This document shows positions 16,684-24,893 of a DNA stretch of 64,000 nucleotides, piece by piece. The position numbers and the translations under genes are program-made. The DNA is taken from contig CAZNOX010000005.1 in assembly GCA_964574875.1 (NCBI GenBank), forward strand, positions 17,150 through 81,149, given 5' to 3'. Numbering within the stretch: position 1 is the stretch's first letter; every line of letters starts with the position of its first letter. The stretch is from an uncultured bacterium (GTDB lineage: Bacteria; Macinerneyibacteriota; Macinerneyibacteria; Macinerneyibacteriales; DSCS01). The notes beneath the pieces are model-generated. The model worked only from the letters and a program-made list of their open reading frames with translations. It made no database searches and was not told the origin of the DNA.

Positions 16684-18969
16684 TCAGGGCAGGATCAGTG
16701 TCAGGGTCAATCCTGCGTCAGTCTGGCGGATATCAAGGTCTCCTCCATGAGCCCGTGCGATATCACGTGTCAGAAAGAGAAAGACGCTGTAACGGTCCAG
16801 GGTCTCCTCCAGGGCTCCCCGGACAGCCTCCTGCTGATAATCAGAGAGGGTGGTCACCAGGAAAAAACGGCCCTCCCGTGAGGCTGTCTGGATCGTCAGG
16901 CGGGCCTTGTCCTGGGCAGCCTGGGCGACAAAGAGGAAGAGATTGAACAGGCCCAGGCTGACAAGGGTCTTGTCAAACCGGATCGAGGGGGCCTCTTTCA
17001 GGTCAGCCTGGACGGAACAGCGCTTTTCACGCAGATCCTGCTTGACCAGGTCAAAACTTCTCTTGATGTAGTCGGCGATATCTCCGAAATCACTTTCCAA
17101 CTCCATATCCTTTCCGAAGACAAGAAGATCCCGGATCAGAAAGTTGAGGGAGGTGAGTTCTTTGCGCATAAGAAGGAGAAGGCGCTTTTCGTTATCATCA
17201 AAGATCAGCGGGAGAAGCGTCTTGATGGCTTTTCCTGTTCTGGAGAGTGAGACGGCCATGGGTGCTGTGATATATTCCAGGGCCGGGGATTCCCCATGCC
17301 GGTCGGCTTTTTCCTGATAGGCGATGTTTTCACGGTTCAGGCGGTTGATCTCTGTCTCGTAGCGTCTGATGGTGGCTTCGGCTTCCTGAAGAGCCAGAAC
17401 CTTCTCATTCTGGATCTCTGTCACGTCGGTGATGGAGAAAAGAAGGTCATACTGGCCCTGATCGCTGAGCAGGATGGGGCTCACAGAAAAAGAGAATGTC
17501 CTGTTTTTTCCCGCTACAGTGAATGTCCTGCTCTTTCCCTCCTGAACCAGGGTGTCCAGGGGGGTTGTGTCGATCCCCATGTTCACAAGAAAATCCATGA
17601 TATTGAACTCATCATCTTCGATGAGGAGGAGGGACCGGGCCGCCTCGTTCGCCTTTTTCATCTGGCCGTTCTGAGCCGTCCAGAGAAAACCCACGGCCGT
17701 CTTATTGAACCCCTTTTCATTATAGACTTTACTCCGGATCGCCTCGATACGGTCCTGGTGAAGCAGGAGGGTCTGTTTGAAGAGTTTGATGAAGATATCG
17801 AAGATATCCAGCTTGATGTGGGACAGCTGAGATTTGGGAAGAAGGAGTGTGGCGTTCTCGGACAGGGGATAGACGATATAGGCATGGATGGAGGTGTCTT
17901 CCTCGCTGATAATGGATGAGAGGTCGAACTCATCGAGGAGGGACTTCTCTTCCATGGAGAAGAGTTTTTCAAGATTGGGGTTTGTCGGGATCATGGACGA
18001 ATCCAGGCCTCTGAAATAGAGGACCTGCCTTGTGTCCTTCACAAAAAGGTGGACACTCTCGATGGTGAGTTCGTTGACCAGGAAAGAGAGAAAGAACTGG
18101 TACTGTTTCACCGGGGTCTGCTCCCGGGAGACGGCATGGAGTGTGTGACAGAAGGAGAGGACTTTCTTCTTCTCCACCGCTGAGTCGGAGTAATCTCTCT
18201 GTGTGGAATCGAGGAAATAGTTGACACTCTCCTTGACGTTTTTCAGCGGGTCGTTGTTCTTAATGTCGAAACGGAGGTCTGCATTCCCTTTCTCCACCTG
18301 CTCGAAAAAGGATGTGAGGGAGGGGATATCCACGCGCCGGGCGTTACGGAGGACCAGCCAGGCGGCAAAAAGGCCCAGGGCCAGCAAGGCTCCCTGGATG
18401 ATCAGGAGAGAATCCATCCGCGGACGTGCGGGAGAATGGAGGACAAGGGTAAACCCGGTATCGTCAAGGGGGAGAGACCTGACGATGATCCGCGGATCCT
18501 CAGAGTAATCGCGGAGAGCAGGAGCCGGGTCGCGGAGAAGGGAGACATAGGGTTGCATGGAGGTCTCCACGAAGGACTCCAGGTCGATCCCTGCTTCGAT
18601 CCGTCTGCCCCCCGGCAGTGTCCTGGATAGGCTGAACGAGTCCGTCCGCTGTCCTGCAATGGCCACAGGGACACCGGAGGCATCACTGTATTCAAGCCAG
18701 GCGAACTGCGACAGATTGCCTTCGAGGATTCCCGAGATCTCTTCAGCTGATGTCCTTGTGCTCAGGGATCCGGCCAATCCGTCCAGAGCAGCCTCTTTGG
18801 ATGCCAGCCCCTGGAAGACAGCATCATACTGACGGGAAAGGCTTTGAGCGGCCTCTTTTTCAGCTTCGCTTCTGGCCCTGGACAGGAGCAGAGGTTTGAT
18901 GACTTCCTGGGTATTGAAGAGCGCCAGCCCCAGAACGGCTAAAATAAGAATTATCTTGATATATTTCAT
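16684..18969 (-). CDS. Large membrane sensor protein, histidine-kinase-like (periplasmic domain-TM-HAMP-GAF/PAS-HATPase_c)
   Basis: Signal/TM (IILILAVLGLALF), periplasmic domain, second TM (LLIIQGALLALGLFAAWLV), HAMP-like segment, PAS-like region, coiled coil, C-terminal HATPase_c remnant (RDIARAHGGDLDI). No clear H-box. Confidence 0.6.
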   Translation of the reverse strand: MKYIKIILILAVLGLALFNTQEVIKPLLLSRARSEAEKEAAQSLSRQYDAVFQGLASKEAALDGLAGSLSTRTSAEEISGILEGNLSQFAWLEYSDASGVPVAIAGQRTDSFSLSRTLPGGRRIEAGIDLESFVETSMQPYVSLLRDPAPALRDYSEDPRIIVRSLPLDDTGFTLVLHSPARPRMDSLLIIQGALLALGLFAAWLVLRNARRVDIPSLTSFFEQVEKGNADLRFDIKNNDPLKNVKESVNYFLDSTQRDYSDSAVEKKKVLSFCHTLHAVSREQTPVKQYQFFLSFLVNELTIESVHLFVKDTRQVLYFRGLDSSMIPTNPNLEKLFSMEEKSLLDEFDLSSIISEEDTSIHAYIVYPLSENATLLLPKSQLSHIKLDIFDIFIKLFKQTLLLHQDRIEAIRSKVYNEKGFNKTAVGFLWTAQNGQMKKANEAARSLLLIEDDEFNIMDFLVNMGIDTTPLDTLVQEGKSRTFTVAGKNRTFSFSVSPILLSDQGQYDLLFSITDVTEIQNEKVLALQEAEATIRRYETEINRLNRENIAYQEKADRHGESPALEYITAPMAVSLSRTGKAIKTLLPLIFDDNEKRLLLLMRKELTSLNFLIRDLLVFGKDMELESDFGDIADYIKRSFDLVKQDLREKRCSVQADLKEAPSIRFDKTLVSLGLFNLFLFVAQAAQDKARLTIQTASREGRFFLVTTLSDYQQEAVRGALEETLDRYSVFLFLTRDIARAHGGDLDIRQTDAGLTLTLILP

Positions 18970-19072
18970 GTACCCCCCTTATAAAAGCAGATTATATACG
19001 ATTATAAACATTCTGTATGAAAATTCAAGGAAATAAGGGGAAAAAGAGATTTCCCGGAGGGGAAGAGGGAGC

Positions 19073-19936
19073 CTAACTCTGGAGAAGAGCGTGGATATCG
19101 GCTTTTTCTCCCCGTCCCAGGGCATAGACTGCTTTTTTCAGGGCCCTGGCCAGCGTGGATTCGGGAATATTCTTAAAAAGGTCTGCGGGAATGATCTGGC
19201 CGATGGTGATGGAGATGGACGTGGATTTTTTTTTGAAGATCTCCCGGGGAAGCATCAATGCCGCCAGTCTGCGGTGGATCAGTGTGAAGATGTAGTAAAA
19301 AAAGGAGTTCTTGGCGTGAATGAACATGGGGACGATGGGGCACCGGAAGCGTTTAGCGAAGAAAAAGGCCCCGGCCATCCATTTAGGGTCTTTCAGGCCG
19401 TCCGGCCTGATCCGGGAGACTCCTCCGGCAGGGAAAAAGAGGACGCATCCGTTGTTTTTCAGCGTCTCCGAGACTTCGCGGACCGTGGAGACGGGGATAT
19501 GGTCTTTTTTCCTGTTGTAGGGGACAAAAACGCCTTTGAGGTTATCCACGTTCATGAGAATATCATTGACGATGATCTTCACATCGTCACGCACTTCATG
19601 GATGACTTTGAGAAGCGCCAGGCCGTCGAGCCCCCCCAGGGGATGGTTGGCGATACCCACGAAAGGCCCCTGTGCGGGAATATTCTTCAGCTCCCGTTTT
19701 TTGACCATGACAGTGAAACCGATGTCGGCAAAAAAGGCTTCGATGAAGTCGATATCCTGAAAATGGCGGAACTTGTGCATCACATCATTAATATCGCGGA
19801 TCCTGAGAAAACGCTCCAGAAAGCGGACAAGCCAATCCCTGATCTTGCCCGGAAGAGCGCTGTAGAGTTCGGGGATGGCCTGACGGGCCAGTTTATTGAT
19901 ATCGATCAGTTTTTGTTTCAGAATCATCTTTTTCAT
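19073..19936 (-). CDS. PlsC-family (lysophospholipid) acyltransferase
   Basis: HX4D acyltransferase motif (ANHPLGGLDGL) and FPAGGVS motif. 287 aa. Confidence 0.65.
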   Translation of the reverse strand: MKKMILKQKLIDINKLARQAIPELYSALPGKIRDWLVRFLERFLRIRDINDVMHKFRHFQDIDFIEAFFADIGFTVMVKKRELKNIPAQGPFVGIANHPLGGLDGLALLKVIHEVRDDVKIIVNDILMNVDNLKGVFVPYNRKKDHIPVSTVREVSETLKNNGCVLFFPAGGVSRIRPDGLKDPKWMAGAFFFAKRFRCPIVPMFIHAKNSFFYYIFTLIHRRLAALMLPREIFKKKSTSISITIGQIIPADLFKNIPESTLARALKKAVYALGRGEKADIHALLQS

Positions 19937-20009
19937 AATCCACCATCTCTATATTAATTCCGAAAATGAGATTTATCAACAGGTTTCTCCCTTCAGTCCA
20001 CAAAGAAAC

Positions 20010-20037
20010 TTGAATGTCGCTGAAACTGTGGTATGCT
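20010..20037 (+). promoter_or_regulatory. Putative sigma70-like promoter (TTGAAT-N16-TATGCT)
   Basis: Predicted TSS falls after the track ATG at 20033, which favours the downstream ATG at 20057 (AAGGAG SD) as the real start. Confidence 0.4.
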
Positions 20038-20056
20038 AAAAAACAAGGAGACTTTC

Positions 20057-21172
20057 ATGGCTTTAAACGGAAATTTAAAGGATTTCAGGCTTGAAGACAT
20101 TTTTCAGTTCCTCGGCCTGGGACAATATATCGGCTGTCTGAGGATCACCCGGAGAAACGGGATCATCGGCGAGATCTTTTTTGAAAAAAGTACGGTGGTC
20201 CACGCCAGGACAGGAAACACCAAAGGGGAGCAGGCCATTTATGCCATGTTCGACTGGGAAGAAGGAGAGTTTATCTTTGACCTGAACCTTGTCCCCCCTC
20301 AAACCACCATCGACCAGAACTGGCAGGGGATCATCCTGGAAGCGGCCCGTCTGAGTGATGAACGCTCCCGGGAAGGAGGAATTGCACAAGAGACCGGCGC
20401 CCCTGCAGGGGTCTCGCAGACCGGCGATTTTGACTTTCCTCTTTTTCAGGAAGAAGAGCCTGTCAAACCCGGCGAACCCTCTCATGACGATCTCATCGAG
20501 ACCACATTCAAAGAAAAAAGCCCGTCTCCTCCTCCTCCTGACTCCGGGGAAGCCGGAGAAGGGGAGAAAATAAAGACAAGCGGACTCTTTTCTGCCCTCT
20601 CGGAAAAAAAGGAGAAAAAGAAGAGCGAGGAAGAGAGTGACGTCCGCTCTCATGCGTTGGGGAAGATCGGCGTCTCATCGGAAGACAGCGGGATCCTGGA
20701 CAAGCTTCGCGGCTTCCAGATCAATACCGGAAACCGGGAATCGGAACAGGAACCGAAAAATGACGGGGAGTTCATGGTCTTCGCGGTGAATACCTTTTTG
20801 AAAGAGGCTCAGACCACATTCAATATTGCCGCTTCCGATTGCATCAGCGACATGAAGGGCTGTTTGTCTCAATCAGGACTCTCAGCGGTTCTCACCCTGC
20901 GGGAGGACGGAACTCTTCATCTGCACGGAGCTGTGGGGCGTGAAGGGATACCGGCGTTCTGCCGTCTGCTGGAACTCATGATGGAACAATGCCGGCATGT
21001 GGACTCTGTGAAAAGTATCATCCTGTTCTTGAAAAACTACTATCAGGGGCTTTCGGGGAAAGAGCGCCTGATGGAAAAACGCTTCGGCTATCCCCTCCTC
21101 TCCGTCAAAGACGTCGTGGATACCTTTGTGGACCGACTGCGTCAGGAAGACGATTCTTTTATTTCCGAGTGA
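20057..21172 (+). CDS. DUF4388-domain protein with acidic linker and C-terminal domain of unknown function
   Basis: N-terminus (ALNGNLKDFRLEDIFQFLGLGQYIGCLRI...GEIFFEKSTVVHARTG) matches the DUF4388/PATAN-like signature. Long Glu/Ser/Pro-rich linker. C-terminal roughly 130 aa globular domain. Confidence 0.55.
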   Translation: MALNGNLKDFRLEDIFQFLGLGQYIGCLRITRRNGIIGEIFFEKSTVVHARTGNTKGEQAIYAMFDWEEGEFIFDLNLVPPQTTIDQNWQGIILEAARLSDERSREGGIAQETGAPAGVSQTGDFDFPLFQEEEPVKPGEPSHDDLIETTFKEKSPSPPPPDSGEAGEGEKIKTSGLFSALSEKKEKKKSEEESDVRSHALGKIGVSSEDSGILDKLRGFQINTGNRESEQEPKNDGEFMVFAVNTFLKEAQTTFNIAASDCISDMKGCLSQSGLSAVLTLREDGTLHLHGAVGREGIPAFCRLLELMMEQCRHVDSVKSIILFLKNYYQGLSGKERLMEKRFGYPLLSVKDVVDTFVDRLRQEDDSFISE

Positions 21173-21196
21173 AACTTTCTTGCTTTTTTTTGTGTC

Positions 21197-21222
21197 TACT
21201 GTTATAGTTAGCTAAAACAGTA
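21197..21222. promoter_or_regulatory. Palindromic operator candidate (TACTGTT-N12-AACAGTA), probable GntR site
   Basis: Perfect 7-bp inverted repeat 16 nt upstream of the ABC operon ATG. The GT...AC core is typical of GntR-family operators. A GntR gene lies inside the operon. Confidence 0.45.
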
Positions 21223-21237
21223 AAACAAGGAGGTATT

Positions 21238-22080
21238 ATGTTAGCACTCGGTCATGTGACTTTCGGGTACAGCCCCGGCAAACCTCTGATCAAAGAGGAG
21301 ACCCTCACCTTCGAACCGGGGAAGACCTACGGGATCATCGGGCGGAACGGAAGCGGGAAGACAACGTTGATGAATCTCATCTCCGGGCTTCTCACCGGAT
21401 ACCGCGGGTCGATACAACTCAACGGAATGGAAAGCAAAAGAAGAAGCAGGGCCTTTATGGAATCTCTCTACTATATTCCCGAGTCTCCTGTCCGTTCGGA
21501 TCTGAAGATCAGGGCATTCTACCAGCTGGGGCCTTCTTATCCGGAGTGGGACAGGGAGGTCTTCGACGCTCTTTTGAAAAAAAACAGCCTTGAGGAGGGG
21601 ATGCCCTTGAAAAGCCTCTCCCACGGATGGCTGAAACGCGTCTATTTCTATTTCGGGCTCTCTGTCCGGGCCAGGCTTTTTCTCATGGATGAAGTGAACG
21701 ACGGCATGGATATGCCTGCACAAAAAGAGCTTGTGCGGGAGATGGTGGCCCATCATGATCCTGACCGGATCGTCCTTCTGGCATCACATCATATGGAGGA
21801 GTGCCAGTCCCTCCTTGATGACATCCTTGTCATGGAAAAGGGGAGAGTGTGTTACTCGGGGCCCCTGGATGATGCCCTCAAGCTTACAGGATGGCTGGAG
21901 GCTTCGGATTATACAGGCTCCGAGGCTGACATTCTTGACCGGAAGGCCATCCTGGGAACGGATTATGTCCTCATCCGCAACCCTGAGCAATACGGAAAAG
22001 CGGCAAGGCCTGCTGACCTGGTCACCTTCCTTGAAGCTGTGACCATGGAGGGAAAGGAGTTCGCCTATGAAAAGAAATAG
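21238..22080 (+). CDS. ABC transporter ATP-binding protein
   Basis: Walker A GRNGSGKTT, signature-like LSHGWLKRV, Walker B LFLMDEV, H-loop ASHHMEE. Confidence 0.8.
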   Translation: MLALGHVTFGYSPGKPLIKEETLTFEPGKTYGIIGRNGSGKTTLMNLISGLLTGYRGSIQLNGMESKRRSRAFMESLYYIPESPVRSDLKIRAFYQLGPSYPEWDREVFDALLKKNSLEEGMPLKSLSHGWLKRVYFYFGLSVRARLFLMDEVNDGMDMPAQKELVREMVAHHDPDRIVLLASHHMEECQSLLDDILVMEKGRVCYSGPLDDALKLTGWLEASDYTGSEADILDRKAILGTDYVLIRNPEQYGKAARPADLVTFLEAVTMEGKEFAYEKK

Positions 22081-22777
22081 CATGGTATCGTTTCTGGAAT
22101 ATCAGTTGAAGACCAGGTGGAGATCACTTCTCATCTCAGGCCCCTGTGTCTATATCCTTCTCTACCTCATCACGCTCCTGGCTGCTCCCTTTGCCAGGGG
22201 AGGCGGGGACCTTATCCGCTTCATTGCAGAAGGAAACCTTTTCCTCATAGGAGCCGGACTGGCATTTACAGTCAATATGACCTTCGGCGTCATCGCTCAT
22301 GTGAACAGGGCTGTGGGAAGCCGGAGGGCCTTTGTCCTCTTTCCTGCTTCAAAACAGGCGAAAGTCGCCGGGATCACTCTCTACAGCCTCCTCTGGATGG
22401 TAGCGAATATTGTGATCTGGCTGGCCCTCATGCTTCTTTCGGCCGTCGCCCGCGGGGAAGAGATCACCTTTGCCGGAGGAAAAGGGGCCGATCCCGTGGT
22501 TCTCATGGCTATTGCAGCGGCCATGGTCTCCTTCTCTCTCTTTGCCCTCTTTTTCGCTCTCATCAGGCAGCATCATGGCATCATGAACCTGCTTCTTTTC
22601 ACAGGAGTGGTGGCCTTTGCTCTCTTTATGGGGCGTCTGTTCTGGAGCCTCTTCTCTCTTGCGGCCCCCTCAGCCGGAGGGGATGTCATGAGCCTTGGCT
22701 GCTTCCTTTTCCAGGGCGGGCTTTTTTACGGCCTGGCTTACCTGGCCCTGTCCAGGATGGCCTTCAGGGAGGATTGA
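22067..22777 (+). CDS. ABC-2-type transporter permease / membrane protein
   Basis: 236 aa, about 6 TM helices. Start overlaps the ATPase stop. Confidence 0.6.
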   Translation: MKRNSMVSFLEYQLKTRWRSLLISGPCVYILLYLITLLAAPFARGGGDLIRFIAEGNLFLIGAGLAFTVNMTFGVIAHVNRAVGSRRAFVLFPASKQAKVAGITLYSLLWMVANIVIWLALMLLSAVARGEEITFAGGKGADPVVLMAIAAAMVSFSLFALFFALIRQHHGIMNLLLFTGVVAFALFMGRLFWSLFSLAAPSAGGDVMSLGCFLFQGGLFYGLAYLALSRMAFRED

Positions 22778-22778
22778 G

Positions 22779-23147
22779 ATGTTTGCGCACGACAAGCCCA
22801 TTTATCAGCAGATCAGAGAGATCATCGTTACGGAGATCATCTCAGGGCGATGGAAAGAGGGGACCTTTATCCCCAGTGTCCGGGCCCTGAGCACCGAACT
22901 CGGGGTGAATCCCAATACGGTCCTCCGTACACTGAGTGACCTTCAGAAAGAGGGCGTCCTGGAGATGGTGCGGGGAATAGGGAACCGCGTCATAGAAGGA
23001 GCAGAACGACAGCTCTCCAGAGAGTTGAAAGAAGAGTTCGAAGAGGGTGAGATGGCTGCGTTCATCAGAAAGGCCCGACTTCTTGGTTTTACGCAAAAAG
23101 CGCTTTGCGCAGCTTTCGAAAGGAACTGGAACAATGAAAACAAATAA
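22779..23147 (+). CDS. GntR-family transcriptional regulator (YtrA-like, HTH only)
   Basis: GntR winged HTH (IPSVRALSTELGVNPNTVLRTLSDLQKEGVLEMVRGIGNRV). ATG at 22779 lies 1 nt after the permease stop with an AGGGAGG SD. Confidence 0.75.
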   Translation: MFAHDKPIYQQIREIIVTEIISGRWKEGTFIPSVRALSTELGVNPNTVLRTLSDLQKEGVLEMVRGIGNRVIEGAERQLSRELKEEFEEGEMAAFIRKARLLGFTQKALCAAFERNWNNENK

Positions 23148-24183
23148 ACCGACCATAGTGGGAGTGCTTCTTCTTATGATCCTGGTCTTCGGGGGTTGTG
23201 CCCGGAAACCCCTGTCTGACCTTGATCACCCCATTGAGGGGAAGAAGGCTCTCCAGCTGGAAGCAGCCTGGAAGATCGATGACCTCATCGGAAACAATCC
23301 CATGTTCAATATGGGTGTGGCTGCGGGACAGGTCTACTCGATCAGAGACCGCGGAGACAAGCTGGCCATGGTCTTTACGAAACTCGACGGGGAGGAGACC
23401 TCCTCCTTTCTTATCCCCAAAGGGAAAGGGCCCGGTGAGATGCTCTCTCCCATGCAGACCACGCTGAGTGAAAAGTTCTTCATGATCTATGATATCCAGC
23501 TGCTCAAATTCTCCCTCTACTCTCCCCGGGGTGACTTTCTGGAAGATGTGATGATGGACCCCGACCAGGGGATCCCCTTTTTCCATCAGCAGACCGGCGA
23601 GACATTTCTCTACAGCGGTCTTCTCCGTGTGAAGTACGGAGAAGGACGGATCGAAGACGGTGCTGTGACCACTCTGCGAAAGACCGAGTATGAAGACATC
23701 TACCGGGGAATGGAAGAGCTGGAGACCCGGGGAATGCGGTTGACCATTCCTCTTGTCTCAGACGGAGCCCTCTACTCCCTGACCTCCCAAGGTTCGCTCA
23801 GGCTCGCACGGATGGATGAGCAGTGGAACGAGGAGAAGGTCTATGCCGATCTTCCCGGCTCACTCATCACATTCGGGATAGCAGCAGACCGGGCGCATCT
23901 CTATCTCCCGTTCCCCGCTGATCTCGAAAAAGCCCAGCGTACAGGGAAGATGAAGACAGACTGTTCCGTGGCTGTTTTTGATAAGGAGAGCGGACGTCAT
24001 CTCTACACGCTCACAGGGCCGGTCCCCAGATTCGAAGGGATGCTGAGTGCCGTGGGTGTCACAGAAGGAAAGCTGGTCCTTCTGGCTATAGACGACACGG
24101 GGGATTTGTCCCGGGCCCTGGGGTCCGGCGGCGAGACAGCCCCGGGCGGGGATCATTGGATCCTTGTCTGCTCCCTGCCCTGA
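23134..24183 (+). CDS. Lipoprotein of unknown function
   Basis: Signal peptide plus lipobox (LLLMILVFGGC). About 350 aa with no recognisable catalytic motif. Start at the ATG inside the GntR 3' end. Confidence 0.55.
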   Translation: MKTNKPTIVGVLLLMILVFGGCARKPLSDLDHPIEGKKALQLEAAWKIDDLIGNNPMFNMGVAAGQVYSIRDRGDKLAMVFTKLDGEETSSFLIPKGKGPGEMLSPMQTTLSEKFFMIYDIQLLKFSLYSPRGDFLEDVMMDPDQGIPFFHQQTGETFLYSGLLRVKYGEGRIEDGAVTTLRKTEYEDIYRGMEELETRGMRLTIPLVSDGALYSLTSQGSLRLARMDEQWNEEKVYADLPGSLITFGIAADRAHLYLPFPADLEKAQRTGKMKTDCSVAVFDKESGRHLYTLTGPVPRFEGMLSAVGVTEGKLVLLAIDDTGDLSRALGSGGETAPGGDHWILVCSLP

Positions 24184-24195
24184 CGGGCATAACGG

Positions 24196-24222
24196 AAACG
24201 GGGCGCCTGAGGCGCCCCGTTT
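24196..24222 (+). terminator. GC-rich 12-bp perfect hairpin (AAACGGGGCGCC-tga-GGCGCCCCGTTT) downstream of the lipoprotein gene
   Basis: Perfect stem with 3-nt loop. Only a short U stretch, so the terminator call is tentative. Confidence 0.45.
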
Positions 24223-24383
24223 CTGCTGCTGAGGGTGTGAAGGAGGTTCGGTTGCTGTTGTTCAAGCTGTCTGTCGTGGTTTTGCTGCTTTCTGTATAAA
24301 AAACAACGCTCTGCCCCGGTTGTTCCCGGGAAATCAGCTTTTTTTTATTTCCTGAAAAAAACGAAAAAAAAACGATGTGTGCC

Positions 24384-24412
24384 TTGACATTATCATAGTG
24401 GGGTGATAATAT
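24384..24412 (+). promoter_or_regulatory. Sigma70-like promoter of the dcw cluster (TTGACA-N17-TAATAT)
   Basis: TTGACA 24384-24389, 17-nt spacer, TAATAT 24407-24412, about 38 nt before mraZ. Confidence 0.55.
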
Positions 24413-24449
24413 ATAGATGTGGAACGAAGTGGGATGAAATGGAGGGTTT

Positions 24450-24893
24450 ATGTTTATCGGGAGCTATACACATGCCGTTGACGATAAACAGCGCCTGAAG
24501 CTACCGTCAAGTTTTCGTCAAAAGATCACAGCCGATACTGTCGTCCTGGCAAAGGGAGACGGTGAAGCCCGGCATATTACCCTTTATCCCTGGGAAACGT
24601 GGCAAGAGTATGTTGGCCCCATCAGAAAAAAAGCATTACACGATTACAAGTACAGACAGTACATGCGGGTCAAGTTTTCTTCTGCCGCCGAAGTGAAGAT
24701 CGACAGCCAGGGGAGAGTTTTACTGCCGAAATCTCTATTGGATTTTTCCGGTATCAACAAGGATGTCGAAATAATCGGAGTCGGTGATTATGTGGAATTG
24801 TGGGCTCCGGATCGCTTCGGTAAGGAGGTAGAGGAGGTCGAGGAATTGAGCGGTCAGTTCCTGGATTATATGGCCCGCCGGGAAAGTGATTGA
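24450..24893 (+). CDS. mraZ: Transcriptional regulator MraZ
   Basis: MFIGSYTHAVDDKQRLKLPSSFRQK duplicated MraZ motif. First gene of the dcw cluster. Confidence 0.9.
   Translation: MFIGSYTHAVDDKQRLKLPSSFRQKITADTVVLAKGDGEARHITLYPWETWQEYVGPIRKKALHDYKYRQYMRVKFSSAAEVKIDSQGRVLLPKSLLDFSGINKDVEIIGVGDYVELWAPDRFGKEVEEVEELSGQFLDYMARRESD

Noticed and set aside
20400-20650. Acidic Glu/Ser/Pro/Lys-rich low-complexity stretch that could be mistaken for a repeat array
   Set aside because: It is an in-frame disordered linker inside the DUF4388 protein. No direct nucleotide repeats with constant spacers, so not CRISPR or a tandem repeat.
22117-22890. 257-aa plus-strand ORF in an alternative frame over the permease and GntR genes
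   Set aside because: Arg/Pro/Gly-rich, low-complexity. The permease frame (hydrophobic TM helices) and the GntR frame (HTH motif) are the coding ones.
24196-24222. 12-bp perfect GC hairpin considered as a strong intrinsic terminator
   Set aside because: Kept only as a tentative terminator. It lacks the U-tract expected for a factor-independent terminator and could instead be a stabilising or Rho-related structure.
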